Assembly (NCBI GenBank): GCA_038227875.1 | Contig: JBBRPR010000052.1 | Coordinates: 1 to 63,268 of the forward strand | DNA: 63,268 bases | Direction: 5' to 3' | Source of the DNA: Planctomycetota bacterium | GTDB taxonomy: Bacteria; Planctomycetota; SZUA-567; H5-PLA8 | Part shown: piece by piece, positions 29,135-39,601 of the stretch | How positions within the stretch are numbered: position 1 is the first letter of the stretch | Layout: each line of letters begins with the position of its first letter | Position numbers and translations under genes: made by a program | Notes under the pieces: model-generated | The model's database searches: none | What the model was told of the DNA's origin: nothing | Seen by the model: the letters and a program-made list of their open reading frames with translations, nothing else

Positions 29135-29160
29135 GCGGCCCGGCATGAAAGCCGGGCCGC
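29135..29160 (-). terminator. Intrinsic terminator
   Basis: 10-bp GC stem GCGGCCCGGC/GCCGGGCCGC followed on the minus strand by TTCATTTT, just downstream of the stop at 29189. Confidence 0.75.
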
Positions 29161-29188
29161 GTCTTGGACAACTGGTGGAGCGTATCGC

Positions 29189-31717
29189 TTACTTTTCCTT
29201 CTTGTCCTTGTCGATGCGTTCCTGGTGGACGAAGTCGCTGATCAGCTTGGAATCGCGGGAGATCTGGCCGAAGGCTTCGGCTCCGATGTCCTTGATTTCC
29301 TGATCGGCGTCGGCCTGGGCCTTGAGGTACAGGTCCATCAGGTTTTCAGCACCAACTGAGCCTTCTTTCTGGACGCGGCCGAGGGCACGGAGGGCAACGC
29401 GGCGGAGTTCCACGGCGTTGTTGGTGTCCTTGTACGCGGCCAGCAGCTTCTCGGCGGCCAGAGCCTTGTTCGCACCGCCCTCGATCTTGCCGAGGAAGAT
29501 GGCCGACGGGATGCGGACCTGGTCGGCGCGGTTGATCAGGGCTTCGGCGCAGTTCTGCACGGCGTCGTTGAGCAGGATGTTCGTGCCGTTGACGCAGAGC
29601 TTCGACAGGCGCACGGCGCAGGCTTCGGCGACTTCGCCGGCCTTGCGCTTGTTGACGGATTCCGCGGGGCGCTTGGCGACCACGGCTTCGACGGCGTTCT
29701 TCAGGTCGGCTCCGGCCATCTCGCGTTCAACCAGCGGGAGTTCGGTGCCGAGGCGGGACTTGACCAGATCGCGGTCCTTCTGAGCGTGGAGGATGCCCAC
29801 CGGGACGTAGCGCGTACGTGGATCGGCCTTGAGTTCTTCGAGCACCTGATCGACGGTCAGATCGCGGCGCAGCGTATCGGCGACGATGATGATGTCTTTC
29901 GGCGGGAAGGACTTGGCTTCGACCAGCGCGTGACGGCCGCTGATGGCGGTGCTGACGCTGTAGTTGAGGCCAGCGGCGGCATCACCGAGCTTGCCGCGCA
30001 TTTCGTTGAGCGCATCCTGGCTTTCGTCGACCAGGAGGATCTGGACGCTCTTGTTTTCACTGACGCCGCGGCCGAGGATCTTGGCGACCTTCTCGCTGCC
30101 GATCCACTTGATCGGGAAGCGGTTGATGTCGGCCAGGGCGATGGCGCAGGCGTACTGGACGGAAAGGTCGGCGCATTCCAGGCCCTTGATCAGAGCGGAC
30201 TGGGAGACGGCCGGGGCTGTGCCAGCGCTTTCTTCGGGTTCGACGGAAACGGGCGCGGCATTCTTATCCTTCTTCTTCTTGTCGTCTTTGACTTCCAGCG
30301 CGGCGACGTCGACGGAGGTCGGATTGACGGTCACCTTCACCGGCACCTGCTGGGTCGTGATCGTGACGGGGGTGAGGTTGGTCACCTGAACCGTGGCGCT
30401 GCCACCCTGGCGGAGCGTGCTGACTTCCGGCGGGGGAGGGGTGAGGAGGTCGCCGCTCGGATCGAGCAGAGCCAGCGTGCGGGCCAGGAAGACACCGACC
30501 TGCGGCAGACGGCCGTGGCCGGGATAGTGGGCCAGGTCGCCGAGGGTCTTGCGCAGCGCGGCGTTGACGTGTTCCTTGCCAACGGCGGAGGCCAGGCGGC
30601 GGGTCTGGATCAGCTTCTTATCCCAGGTTTCGATGTCCTTCTTTTCTTCGGCCGAGAACGTGTTCTGAGCCGACTGTTCGCTGACGATGTCCATCAGGTC
30701 CTTGACCTTCGTGTACTGCGCGGCCTGGATGCAGGACCACAGCGGGTAGAACGCGGCGTCGCCGGTCATGCCCTGCAGACAGATGTCTTCGGCCATCTGG
30801 TCGTTCCACGCCCAGAGCGGATAGGCGACGGGAACCAGCTCGCCTTCGGGGCTCAAGTGCCAGACGTAGCTGTCGACTTCTTCGGCTTCTTCAGCCACGC
30901 CCGCGCGGTCCAGGTAGTAGCGGTTGGCGAGGTCGTAGTAGTATTCCGAGGAGGACTTGAAGGCGGCGGTGTCCAGACCGGTGATGCGCTTGATGGTCTT
31001 CTCGGCGTAGTTCTTGACGGTCGGCTGTTCGTTGGCGTCTTCCATGCGGGCCTTGAGGGCCGGAATGGCGCGCGGGTCGAGCGGGGTGATGTCGGAGAGA
31101 ACCAGCACCGCGTTTTCGCGCATCAGCACATCTTTGTGGCTCAGCAGCGCGACGACCGGCAGCACGGCGCGTGAACCCATGCGGGCGATGGCGATGCGGG
31201 CGTAGGTACGCTGGTCTTCGTGGGTCGCGTCTTTCAGGTACGGGGCAAGAGCGGGAACGCCGTAGTGTCCGAGTTCGGCGAACTCGCGGTAGAGCAGCGC
31301 GCGTTCGTCTTCGGAGGTACCGGCATCCACCAGGCGCGCGGCCATCTTGGTCATGCGCTCTTTGTTGGCCTTCTTGGCCGTATTGTACTGGCGGTAGTAC
31401 TGCCAGATGTACGTGGGTTCGTTACCCATGCGCACATCGGCCATCATCTTGGCCATGATCTTGACGCCGGCTTCGTCGACCAGTCGCGCGGCGAGTTCCT
31501 TGCGCGGGTCGAGGGCCAGCAGGTCGCGAAGTTTCTTCTGCGACTCGGAATACTTCCCCTGCTGATACAGGTCAACGGCGTCGCGGAAGAGGCTCTCGAT
31601 CTGCGCGGTCTTGTCTTCTTCCGCGCGGACTGTCGTGCACAGACTGCCGGCACAGCAGAATACCACGCCGAGCACCGCGAGGACGCGCAGAGCGCTTCCG
31701 AATCTACCTTCCATCAT
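29189..31717 (-). CDS. Exported HEAT-repeat protein with a receiver-like domain
   Basis: Signal peptide; HEAT-like units; QILLVDES...DIIIVAD...LKADPRTRYVPV; GGAGG SD near 31727. Confidence 0.75.
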   Translation of the reverse strand: MMEGRFGSALRVLAVLGVVFCCAGSLCTTVRAEEDKTAQIESLFRDAVDLYQQGKYSESQKKLRDLLALDPRKELAARLVDEAGVKIMAKMMADVRMGNEPTYIWQYYRQYNTAKKANKERMTKMAARLVDAGTSEDERALLYREFAELGHYGVPALAPYLKDATHEDQRTYARIAIARMGSRAVLPVVALLSHKDVLMRENAVLVLSDITPLDPRAIPALKARMEDANEQPTVKNYAEKTIKRITGLDTAAFKSSSEYYYDLANRYYLDRAGVAEEAEEVDSYVWHLSPEGELVPVAYPLWAWNDQMAEDICLQGMTGDAAFYPLWSCIQAAQYTKVKDLMDIVSEQSAQNTFSAEEKKDIETWDKKLIQTRRLASAVGKEHVNAALRKTLGDLAHYPGHGRLPQVGVFLARTLALLDPSGDLLTPPPPEVSTLRQGGSATVQVTNLTPVTITTQQVPVKVTVNPTSVDVAALEVKDDKKKKDKNAAPVSVEPEESAGTAPAVSQSALIKGLECADLSVQYACAIALADINRFPIKWIGSEKVAKILGRGVSENKSVQILLVDESQDALNEMRGKLGDAAAGLNYSVSTAISGRHALVEAKSFPPKDIIIVADTLRRDLTVDQVLEELKADPRTRYVPVGILHAQKDRDLVKSRLGTELPLVEREMAGADLKNAVEAVVAKRPAESVNKRKAGEVAEACAVRLSKLCVNGTNILLNDAVQNCAEALINRADQVRIPSAIFLGKIEGGANKALAAEKLLAAYKDTNNAVELRRVALRALGRVQKEGSVGAENLMDLYLKAQADADQEIKDIGAEAFGQISRDSKLISDFVHQERIDKDKKEK

Positions 31718-32030
31718 TACCATTCCTCCAAAGACGCCGTTCGCGCCTCGAAAAAAGAGCTCACCGCTTACTTCACCCGGACAAAGCAGGACGGCCAACT
31801 GCAATTGAACGCCGCAAGCCACGCCGGCGAGTTCGTTTAACTTCAATCACTTCTAGATTTAGCGTGGAATGCTAACGATCTGGGCTGACCTGTCAAGGTT
31901 GAAAAACTTGCCCACACCTGTTTTGGACATAAGTGCAATTACATAAATGCCGATACTGCAATGCACTTAGCTCGATACCGTATACTGCACTAATATGAAG
32001 TGCAAGAGTGCAAACTTAACGTGTACCTAA

Positions 32031-32177
32031 AAAAACGGATGGGATCGGGGATCGGGCATCTGCTTTTTGGAAGGTCCGTCCGTAATACTCACCAGAAGCG
32101 AAAACTCATTTTTGGAACGCGGGGCGTGTACAAACTGACCGATGCCCGATGCCTGATCCCCGATGCCATCTGTTTTT
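32031..32177. repeat. Inverted heptamer (GGGATCG/GGCATCG) repeat element
   Basis: 32031-32060 is imperfectly complementary to 32141-32177. Confidence 0.75.
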
Positions 32178-32219
32178 ACACGACCGCACCTTGAACTCAC
32201 GACCGCCAAGCACATTTCC

Positions 32220-35200
32220 TTATTGTCCGCCGGAGCGTCCGCTGATCGAGCCGCTGTCGCCTTTCGCGGAGACTTTGAATTGGACGGGGGCCTGCACTTC
32301 CCACGTTTGGCCGGCGAAGGTCATCGCAACTTGAATCGTGCGCGAAAGCGTGCTCTTGGCCGTTTCACCTGACTTCAGCGTGCCGGTGATGCCGTCGGCA
32401 TCGAAGCCCGCCGCGGAGAGACCGGCCTGACTGTACGAAATGGTGAACTTGGCGATCTGGCCGGCAGTGGTCAGCGTGGAACCTTTGGCCAGCTTCGGGT
32501 ACTTGATCGACAGCGCCTTGATGCGTTTGAGCGCGCTGGGCAGCACGGCCTTACCTTTACTGGTCACGCTGACCTGGTCGATGATGTTGCCGATGCCGAA
32601 GGAGAAATCCTGCGTCTGCGACAGGTCGAGGCCTTCGGGGAGTTCAATGCTGCCGGTCATCGTCACGACGTCGGGCTTGGCAGAGGCGGCGCGCGCGACG
32701 GCGACGGAATCGGCGAGCACTTGCGGCGTCGAGCCATCGGAGTTGCGGTTGAAGAGGAAGTTACCTTTGATCGCGGTGACGCCGATGACGGTCTTCAACG
32801 GTTTTTTCGTGAACTTCGGCGGCGTACCGGTCTCCAGGGAACTGATCGCGACGGTCTTGCGCGCCTTGCCCTTCAAGGTCTGTGTCGCAGTCTCGGTGGC
32901 GGTGCTGGTCGCGACGTAAACTCCCGGGTCGGTGAACTTGTGGACGACCGTCGTGCCGGTGACTGCATCGCTGCGTCCGCCGATGCTCTGGAAATCGGTG
33001 GAGACACTGAAGGCGTCGCGGGTCAGCGAATTCACATCGATGGTGAACGTCAGCACGCCGCCGTCGCTGTTGGTGACGTCGATGGTGAGGCCGGACAAGG
33101 GATCGACGACTGGTGTGGTTCCCTGCGTGATGTTGGGCACTCCACCGCCGCCGGAACTGGGCGCGAGCACCTGCTGGCTGAGCGTGCTCTGCACGGAGTT
33201 GACGCCATCGGAGACGGTGCAGATGACGCCGAAGGTGTTCTCGATCGTGAAGATATGTTGGACGGGATTGCCCGTCGCCGTCGCGGAGCCGTCCTGGAAA
33301 TCCCAGGTGAAGGTTAACGCTGCGCCATCGGGATGCGTGGCCACGGCGGTGAAGGTGACGCTCGATCCCGTCTGAGAGGGATTGAGCGACGACGCCAGCG
33401 AGACGATCACCGGCGGGCCGCTGGTCGTGCTGGTGAATTGGAAGGATTGCGTGTCCGCACCGACGCTATTGGAGGCTTGCAGCGAAATGGTCGTCACACC
33501 GGCGGTGGTGGGCGTGCCGCTGAGGGTGTTGCCGGAAAGCATCAACCCGGCGGGCAGCGCGGACAGTGCGGCGAAAACCGGCGTGGGGAAACCGGTGGCG
33601 GCGAGGGTGATCGAAACGGGCTGGTTGACGGTGCTCGTCGCGGTGGCGGCGCTGGTGAACGCGGGGATGCGATTGATGGTGAGCACCAGCGTTTTGGTGT
33701 CGAAGCCGGCGGTGTTGGTCGCCGTGAGCGTGATGTTGGAGACGCCTTCGGTTCCGGCGGCTGGCGTGCCGGTGATCATGCCGCTGTTCAAGGTCAGGCC
33801 GCTGGGCAGCGGACTGGACGAGACGACGATCGTCGGCGAACCGCTGGTGAGCACAGAGTACCCGGAGAACGCCTGGCCGACCTGCGCGGTGGCGGTGAGC
33901 GTCGGGTTGGTGATCTGGGGTTTCTGAAGTACGAGGAGCTGCACGTTGCCGATGGTGTATTGAGTGCTGAAGGCGTACGCCGCGTTGATGTTGGTGCCGT
34001 TGACCGTGGTGAATGTGCCGCTGACGGAACCCGCGACGATGTGGAAGACGTCGATGACATTGGGGACGTAGCCATCGACGGCGATGTTCAGTGTTCCCGC
34101 GAGATTGGCCGACGAGGCGCTCAGTTGGTCGAATGTGCCCGGCGCGTTGACACGGACGTTGAGCGAACCGCCGGCACCTTGAACGTAGGAAGTCATGGAC
34201 AGCGTGCCTTCATTGGTCGAGCCGCTAAGTCCCGGCGTGATCGTGCCGCCGGTGTTGTTGACCGCCGCGTTGATGCTGCCGATGCCGCCGACCGTTCCGC
34301 CGAAGATGGAGACAGGCGCCGTGGAGCTGATTTGACTGGAACTATTGAGCACGAGCGATCCGGCGGCCTGGCCGTAGCCATCTGAATTGATGGTCAACGT
34401 CTTCCCGCCGGCGAGCGTGAACGATCCGTTCAGCAGCTTGACTCCGCCGGTAACGGTGGCGTCGCTGGTGAGCGTGACGCTGGTGGACGCGCCGTTGATT
34501 TCGAGATTCTGGAATGCCTCGGTCGCGACGAAGAAATTGACAGTCTGCGGTGTTGTGCCATCCAAGGTGACGACGTGAACCAGATCGGCATTGAAGGCTG
34601 CTCCTTCGCCATTGTCCAAGGTGAGGAAGTCGTGTTTGACGCGGATGCGTCCAGCCAGAAGTTGACCCTTTTCGTCGCCTCCGCTGAATTTGACGTCGTG
34701 GAGGACGGAAAGCTCGCCGGCCTGATTGAACGATTGCAGGGAACCCGTTCCGGTCGTCAAAAAATCGTTTCCAACGACGACGAGGTTGCCGTTGAGATCG
34801 AGCATGCCGGAGACGACCGTCAGGTTGTTGGTTCCGGTGATTGTGAATCCCAGTGGCAGCACTGCCGTGCCCGCGCCCGACGGCGCGAACATGACGTTGG
34901 ATAGAATCGTGGGTGGGAGCGTGGGTGTCTGGCTGGTGAAGACGGTGTTGGCCGCCTGCCAGTTGCCGCCGGGCGGATCGAAGAGGTTGCCATCGATCGT
35001 GGCGGTGACCGTGCCGGAACTGGTGGTGACGATGCCCTTGGTCAGAAAGACGTCGCCGGTGACGTGCGAATCGGCATTGAATTGCAGATTTGCGCTGGTG
35101 CTTCCTGTGCCGATTTCCAGATTGCCGTAGAACTGATTGAACGTGGGATTGGAGACCGACGATGCGCCGGTGAAGCGCGTGGTGTGGGGTGCGGTGGCGT

Positions 35201-37355
35201 CGAAGGAATGAGCCGGGGCGCCGGTGGTCAGCGAGCCTTGGATTTCCAGCAGGCCGGCGGTGAGCAGGCCGGTTTGGTTGCCGCCACCAAATGAGGCGTT
35301 GCCGACGATGGTCAGGCCGTCGGCGGAATTCTGCATGATCAGCAATCCACTTCCAGTTTGCGCGTAGTCGCCGTTGACGGTGACTTTGGCGTTGTTGAGG
35401 ATCAACCTGGCGGTGCCGCCACTTACGGTCACGGGACCGTTGAAGACCGTATTGGCGTTGTTCGCGACGGTGTAGGCCGCGGTGATGCTAGTGCGGCAGA
35501 TGGAACCATTGGCGCCGAGGGATTCCAGCGAATTGTTTTCCACACCAGCCAGGATCAGGTTGCCACCGCCGGTCGAAGCAATCGCGCTGGACGTTTGTAG
35601 ATTGCCGTTGACGGTGAGATTAAACGTGGCCATGTCCAGATGCGTACCGGTGCCACCGTCGATCAAGAGGTCTCTGCACACGGACGGGCCAACGAGCACT
35701 GGGAAGTTGGGAGCGGTCGCCGGAATGTGAACGTTGTCTGCAGACGTTGGTACAAGGGACGTGGACCAGTTGGCTGTGGTGTTCCACGAAGTGCTGGTGG
35801 TGCCCAGCCATAGGGCTTGGGAAGCGGCGTTAAAGGTCAGTTGCAAATTGTTACTGCTGATGCCCTGACTCAGCGAGACCAACGCCGCGCCGGCCAATGT
35901 GGTGGTGGGAAACGAGCCGCTGGTCGTCGGGGCTCCGGTCACCACGGTGATCGTGTCGCCGTTGCCGGGTTTGTAGCCATTGACCAGCGTCACGTTCAGA
36001 GTTCCGTTCAGCGTGGACGCGCCGACGCTCAGGGAATCGAACTGGGACATGCTTTTGACTTTCACCGCGACCGTGCCAGCGGTATTGGAAAGAGCGCCGG
36101 TGATGGCAATCGTGCCGAGATTGCTGGGCGCGCTGCCTGGGCTGATCAGCCCGGTGTTGGTCACAGCGCCTTGCAGAGTACCGTTGCCAGAGATAAAGCC
36201 GCCATTGGTGAAACTGGAGGCAATAATTGTTCCGCTGTTGAGTACTGTCGCTGCCGAGGATGTCTGGGAGTACGGAGACGTGCTCAGGTTCAAGGTGGAA
36301 CTACTAAAGATCGCCACTTTGCCATCGTTGTTCAATGCGCCGGCACAGGAGAGCGATGCGCCGTTCTTCAACGTCAGCGAGGAACCCCCGTCCAATTGGG
36401 CCAACCCCGCCAGCGCATTGGCAGGCGTTTGGTTGTTGATGACCGCGCCGGCGCCGTCGAGCGTCACGTTGGCACCGTTGTTGAATGTGCCAATGTTCGC
36501 GCTATTGAGGCGCAATTCCGATTTGACGATGTACGTGCCGTGCAGGAGCGTCGTGCCGCCGGGAAGGATGGGATTGATTTTGGTGGTGAAGTAGAGCGTA
36601 CCCGTATCGACTTCCAGGACACCGTTGACGTCGAAGAGGATCTTGTCGACGGTTGTCATCAGTGATCCCACCAGTTTCTTCATCGTACCGTTGACGGTGA
36701 TGACGCCTTCAAAGCCTGGGGTGGTCGTGGTGACGGTGGCGTTGCCTGTGATGTTGAACTGACCTGCGCTTAAGATGTTGGAATCGTTCCGCATGTCGAA
36801 GTCGCCACCGCCGGCCGTATCGCCGCTCCAGGTGATCGTGCCGTCGTTGGTGATTTGAAGGCTGCTGGCGAGGACTTTGGCGGTGGCGCTGGGCAGGATG
36901 TTGAACGCGCCACGGTTTTCGATAAAGCCGGTGCTAATCGTGCCGCCGGACCAGTCGATCGTCCCCTTGTTCTCCAGGAAGGTGTTTTGGAAGGTCGTGA
37001 TATCGAACGTTGAGCCGCTCTGTGCAATCCTGCCGTTGGAGTCAACGAGGCTGGGGCCGTTCAGCGTCAGGGTGTTGGAGGAGATGGCCAGCGTTTGTGT
37101 GCCGGAACTTCCGCCGATGCAAAGACCGAGCACCGTGGTGTTGACGTCGAGCGTCACGGAGTACGTGCCGGGGAAGTTGATCACGGCGATGTCGCTGGCG
37201 CCGGGGACTTGCGCGGGGCTCCAGTTGGCGGCGGTATTCCAATTGCCGCTGGTGGCTGAGTTCCACTTAATGGTGGCCGCGCTCGCGTGGGCGCTGAGCA
37301 GCAGCGCAATAACCGCGAATGAGGCGAGCGCAAGGCGTGGTGATTTGATAAGCAT
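32220..37355 (-). CDS. Large secreted beta-helix/passenger-like protein with Ig-like and PKD domains
   Basis: Signal peptide; two W.....W....NWS...VP units; G/T/S/N-rich repeats; LPSGLTL..G.ITGTP Ig repeats; FTWDFQDGS PKD motif. Confidence 0.85.
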   Translation of the reverse strand: MLIKSPRLALASFAVIALLLSAHASAATIKWNSATSGNWNTAANWSPAQVPGASDIAVINFPGTYSVTLDVNTTVLGLCIGGSSGTQTLAISSNTLTLNGPSLVDSNGRIAQSGSTFDITTFQNTFLENKGTIDWSGGTISTGFIENRGAFNILPSATAKVLASSLQITNDGTITWSGDTAGGGDFDMRNDSNILSAGQFNITGNATVTTTTPGFEGVITVNGTMKKLVGSLMTTVDKILFDVNGVLEVDTGTLYFTTKINPILPGGTTLLHGTYIVKSELRLNSANIGTFNNGANVTLDGAGAVINNQTPANALAGLAQLDGGSSLTLKNGASLSCAGALNNDGKVAIFSSSTLNLSTSPYSQTSSAATVLNSGTIIASSFTNGGFISGNGTLQGAVTNTGLISPGSAPSNLGTIAITGALSNTAGTVAVKVKSMSQFDSLSVGASTLNGTLNVTLVNGYKPGNGDTITVVTGAPTTSGSFPTTTLAGAALVSLSQGISSNNLQLTFNAASQALWLGTTSTSWNTTANWSTSLVPTSADNVHIPATAPNFPVLVGPSVCRDLLIDGGTGTHLDMATFNLTVNGNLQTSSAIASTGGGNLILAGVENNSLESLGANGSICRTSITAAYTVANNANTVFNGPVTVSGGTARLILNNAKVTVNGDYAQTGSGLLIMQNSADGLTIVGNASFGGGNQTGLLTAGLLEIQGSLTTGAPAHSFDATAPHTTRFTGASSVSNPTFNQFYGNLEIGTGSTSANLQFNADSHVTGDVFLTKGIVTTSSGTVTATIDGNLFDPPGGNWQAANTVFTSQTPTLPPTILSNVMFAPSGAGTAVLPLGFTITGTNNLTVVSGMLDLNGNLVVVGNDFLTTGTGSLQSFNQAGELSVLHDVKFSGGDEKGQLLAGRIRVKHDFLTLDNGEGAAFNADLVHVVTLDGTTPQTVNFFVATEAFQNLEINGASTSVTLTSDATVTGGVKLLNGSFTLAGGKTLTINSDGYGQAAGSLVLNSSSQISSTAPVSIFGGTVGGIGSINAAVNNTGGTITPGLSGSTNEGTLSMTSYVQGAGGSLNVRVNAPGTFDQLSASSANLAGTLNIAVDGYVPNVIDVFHIVAGSVSGTFTTVNGTNINAAYAFSTQYTIGNVQLLVLQKPQITNPTLTATAQVGQAFSGYSVLTSGSPTIVVSSSPLPSGLTLNSGMITGTPAAGTEGVSNITLTATNTAGFDTKTLVLTINRIPAFTSAATATSTVNQPVSITLAATGFPTPVFAALSALPAGLMLSGNTLSGTPTTAGVTTISLQASNSVGADTQSFQFTSTTSGPPVIVSLASSLNPSQTGSSVTFTAVATHPDGAALTFTWDFQDGSATATGNPVQHIFTIENTFGVICTVSDGVNSVQSTLSQQVLAPSSGGGGVPNITQGTTPVVDPLSGLTIDVTNSDGGVLTFTIDVNSLTRDAFSVSTDFQSIGGRSDAVTGTTVVHKFTDPGVYVATSTATETATQTLKGKARKTVAISSLETGTPPKFTKKPLKTVIGVTAIKGNFLFNRNSDGSTPQVLADSVAVARAASAKPDVVTMTGSIELPEGLDLSQTQDFSFGIGNIIDQVSVTSKGKAVLPSALKRIKALSIKYPKLAKGSTLTTAGQIAKFTISYSQAGLSAAGFDADGITGTLKSGETAKSTLSRTIQVAMTFAGQTWEVQAPVQFKVSAKGDSGSISGRSGGQ

Positions 37356-37815
37356 GGTTGGTGGACCTCCAGATTTTAAAACGGACAAGCGAGCCCGTGT
37401 ACACTGCCTTCCTGCTGAATTTGTTCGATTCGTCGAAGGATGTCCTGGTGAATTGCCATCACAGTATGTGTCGATCCGCGCGAAAGAGTTCGCCTTACTG
37501 CTCATTTTGTGATGCATTTTGTGGAACTCGGCAAGTGTAACATTAGGCTGTTTTTTCGGCTTTGAAGTACAACACTGGCTTCATAGGTAAATGTGACCGA
37601 ATGTTGCATTCTCGGACACGAAAAGTGTAAGTGGTGAATTGTTCAGTCTTTACAAATTCAAATCCTTGCGCCTGCGGGACTTGAATCTGATAACGACATC
37701 CAAGAACTGGACCTTATTGCTATCTGTTACCACGAAGCTGTGACAAAATTCGACAAAGAGACGGGGAACAGTGTTGATGATCGACTCGCCACGACGGAGT
37801 GTGTAAACTGCGGTA

Positions 37816-38628
37816 ATGGACTACAAAGAATTGCTGAAACTTGCTGCGGAGCAAGGCGTCGCGGTGGAACGATTGGCGCAGTGGCGGCCCCATCTCACAC
37901 AGGCCGTTCAGCGGGAACACTCAAAAACCGATAGTCGTCGGCGCAATGTAACATTTAGTCCCAGCATGATCGCGCTGCTTGGAAAGCGTCCTGACAAGAA
38001 GCTGGTACGCAGTTTCATGCTTACGGCCTACCAGATTGTCAAGAAGCGCCGGGAACTGGGCATTCCTTCTCAGTGGGAACTGCGGCTGCATCACTGGACA
38101 CCTGCCGAAATCGCGTTGCTGGGGACGATGCCAGACCGCACCCTCGCCAAGAAACTTGGCGTATCGGTTCACTTGGTATGCGCGTCCCGAAGAAAGTTTG
38201 GAATCCTATCGTTTAAATCGAAGCAGCCAGAGACTTGGACAAAGAAAGCCATCTCGCTGCTGGGCACTGACCGGGATTGCGAAGTAGCCAAGAAGATTGG
38301 CCTCACCAAGCAGTCGATCTATTTGATGCGCAAGAAACTGGGCATCCCATCCTTTCGACGCGGGTGGTGGACAAAGGAACGGAACGCGCTGTTGGGGACG
38401 GAATCCGACTCCATTCTCGGAAAGAAGTGGGGCATAAACTACAAGGCCGTGAAATACCAACGGATCAAATTGGGCCTTGTCCAATTCAGGCTACGGCACC
38501 GATGGACAGCCGCGGAGCTCAATCTTTTGGGTAGGATGTCAGATGCGGATGTGGCGCGGCAAGTTGGCGTAACAGAGCACTCCGTCAAATCTATAAGAGG
38601 CAGGCGCAAGGTTCCCAAGTTCCAGTGA
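37816..38628 (+). CDS. Basic protein with five tandem HTH-like repeats
   Basis: Repeated WT..EIALLGT.PD..LA..LG......R..LGI. Confidence 0.75.
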   Translation: MDYKELLKLAAEQGVAVERLAQWRPHLTQAVQREHSKTDSRRRNVTFSPSMIALLGKRPDKKLVRSFMLTAYQIVKKRRELGIPSQWELRLHHWTPAEIALLGTMPDRTLAKKLGVSVHLVCASRRKFGILSFKSKQPETWTKKAISLLGTDRDCEVAKKIGLTKQSIYLMRKKLGIPSFRRGWWTKERNALLGTESDSILGKKWGINYKAVKYQRIKLGLVQFRLRHRWTAAELNLLGRMSDADVARQVGVTEHSVKSIRGRRKVPKFQ

Positions 38629-39308
38629 TTGCTCACATTCAACGCGTTTCCGGGTATCTGGTTTTCTTCGCCGCGTTGACGTGCGTTTTCTCCTCTCCTG
38701 CGAAAGAGGAGGTTGAATCGCATCAATTGTGGAACGGAGAGAAGATCGATGAATATGCGAAGGCGCACAACCTGCCTGAGAAGTTAACCGTTACCAATGG
38801 CACCGGCATGCAGATGGAGTTGCGACTGGTTCCTTCGGCGCGATTTCTGATGGGCACTCGCCTTCCCGAGCCGCCGCCCGACACGGTGTTGCAAGAAAAG
38901 TGGATCACTGCCGTGGGCGTTCTTCTCCTGGTGTTAATTGCCTTACCCATATTCGTGAAGGCGATCAGACGTCGTGGACGCCCTCAGATTTCACTGGCCC
39001 GGTTCCTTGCCGCTACGATTGCGTGCTCAGTCATACTTCTGGGCATTGTTCGCTGGAGGGCGGCGAATGAACAATTGGCTCGCTACCAGGTGGAACTGAG
39101 CAGGTTCAATACCGCCACCGCAGACGAACGGCCGGCCCACGAGGTAACGTTGGCCCATCCGTTTTATCTTGGGACATATCTGGTGGCGCAGGAGCAGTTT
39201 GCCGCGGTGACGGCTAAGAATCCCAGCAAGTTCAACGGTAAGCGGCTACCGGTAGAAAGCATCACACTCCAAGACGCTCGCGATTTCTGTTTCCGAATAG
39301 TCCGATAG
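38625..39308 (+). pseudogene. Truncated formylglycine-generating-enzyme-family membrane protein
   Basis: FLMG, DERPAHEVTL, FYLGTY.V.Q.QF, NPSKF...LPVE....DA..FC, then a stop before the expected RLPTEAEWE motif. Confidence 0.75.
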
Positions 39309-39324
39309 AGGATGGGGATGCTTT

Positions 39325-39465
39325 ATGGCTGAACCGAAGAAGGATGTAAAACCAATAAAGGCTCCGGCGCAATCGAAGCCTACGCCGCAAAAGCCAGCGC
39401 CGTTAAAAGCCCAGTTGATAAAGCAACTGGATGTGGGGAAAACGGAAAAGCGAATGGAGAAGTAA
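39325..39465 (+). CDS. 46-aa Pro/Lys-rich microprotein
   Basis: Manual translation MAEPKKDVKPIKAPAQSKPTPQKPAPLKAQLIKQLDVGKTEKRMEK. Confidence 0.55.
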   Translation: MAEPKKDVKPIKAPAQSKPTPQKPAPLKAQLIKQLDVGKTEKRMEK

Positions 39466-39466
39466 A

Positions 39467-39601
39467 ATGGAAGCTAACAGCAAGCCATCGAAACCAGCAG
39501 CACCGCAGCCAGCGCCACGCCCTTCTCCGCAGAAGCCAGCACCGTTGGAACCACAAAAAATACGGACTGACGACCCGAAGAAAGTCAGGACTATTAAGTA
39601 G
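39467..39601 (+). CDS. 44-aa Pro/Lys-rich microprotein, paralog of the previous ORF
   Basis: Manual translation MEANSKPSKPAAPQPAPRPSPQKPAPLEPQKIRTDDPKKVRTIK; GGAG SD; starts 1 nt after the upstream stop. Confidence 0.6.
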   Translation: MEANSKPSKPAAPQPAPRPSPQKPAPLEPQKIRTDDPKKVRTIK

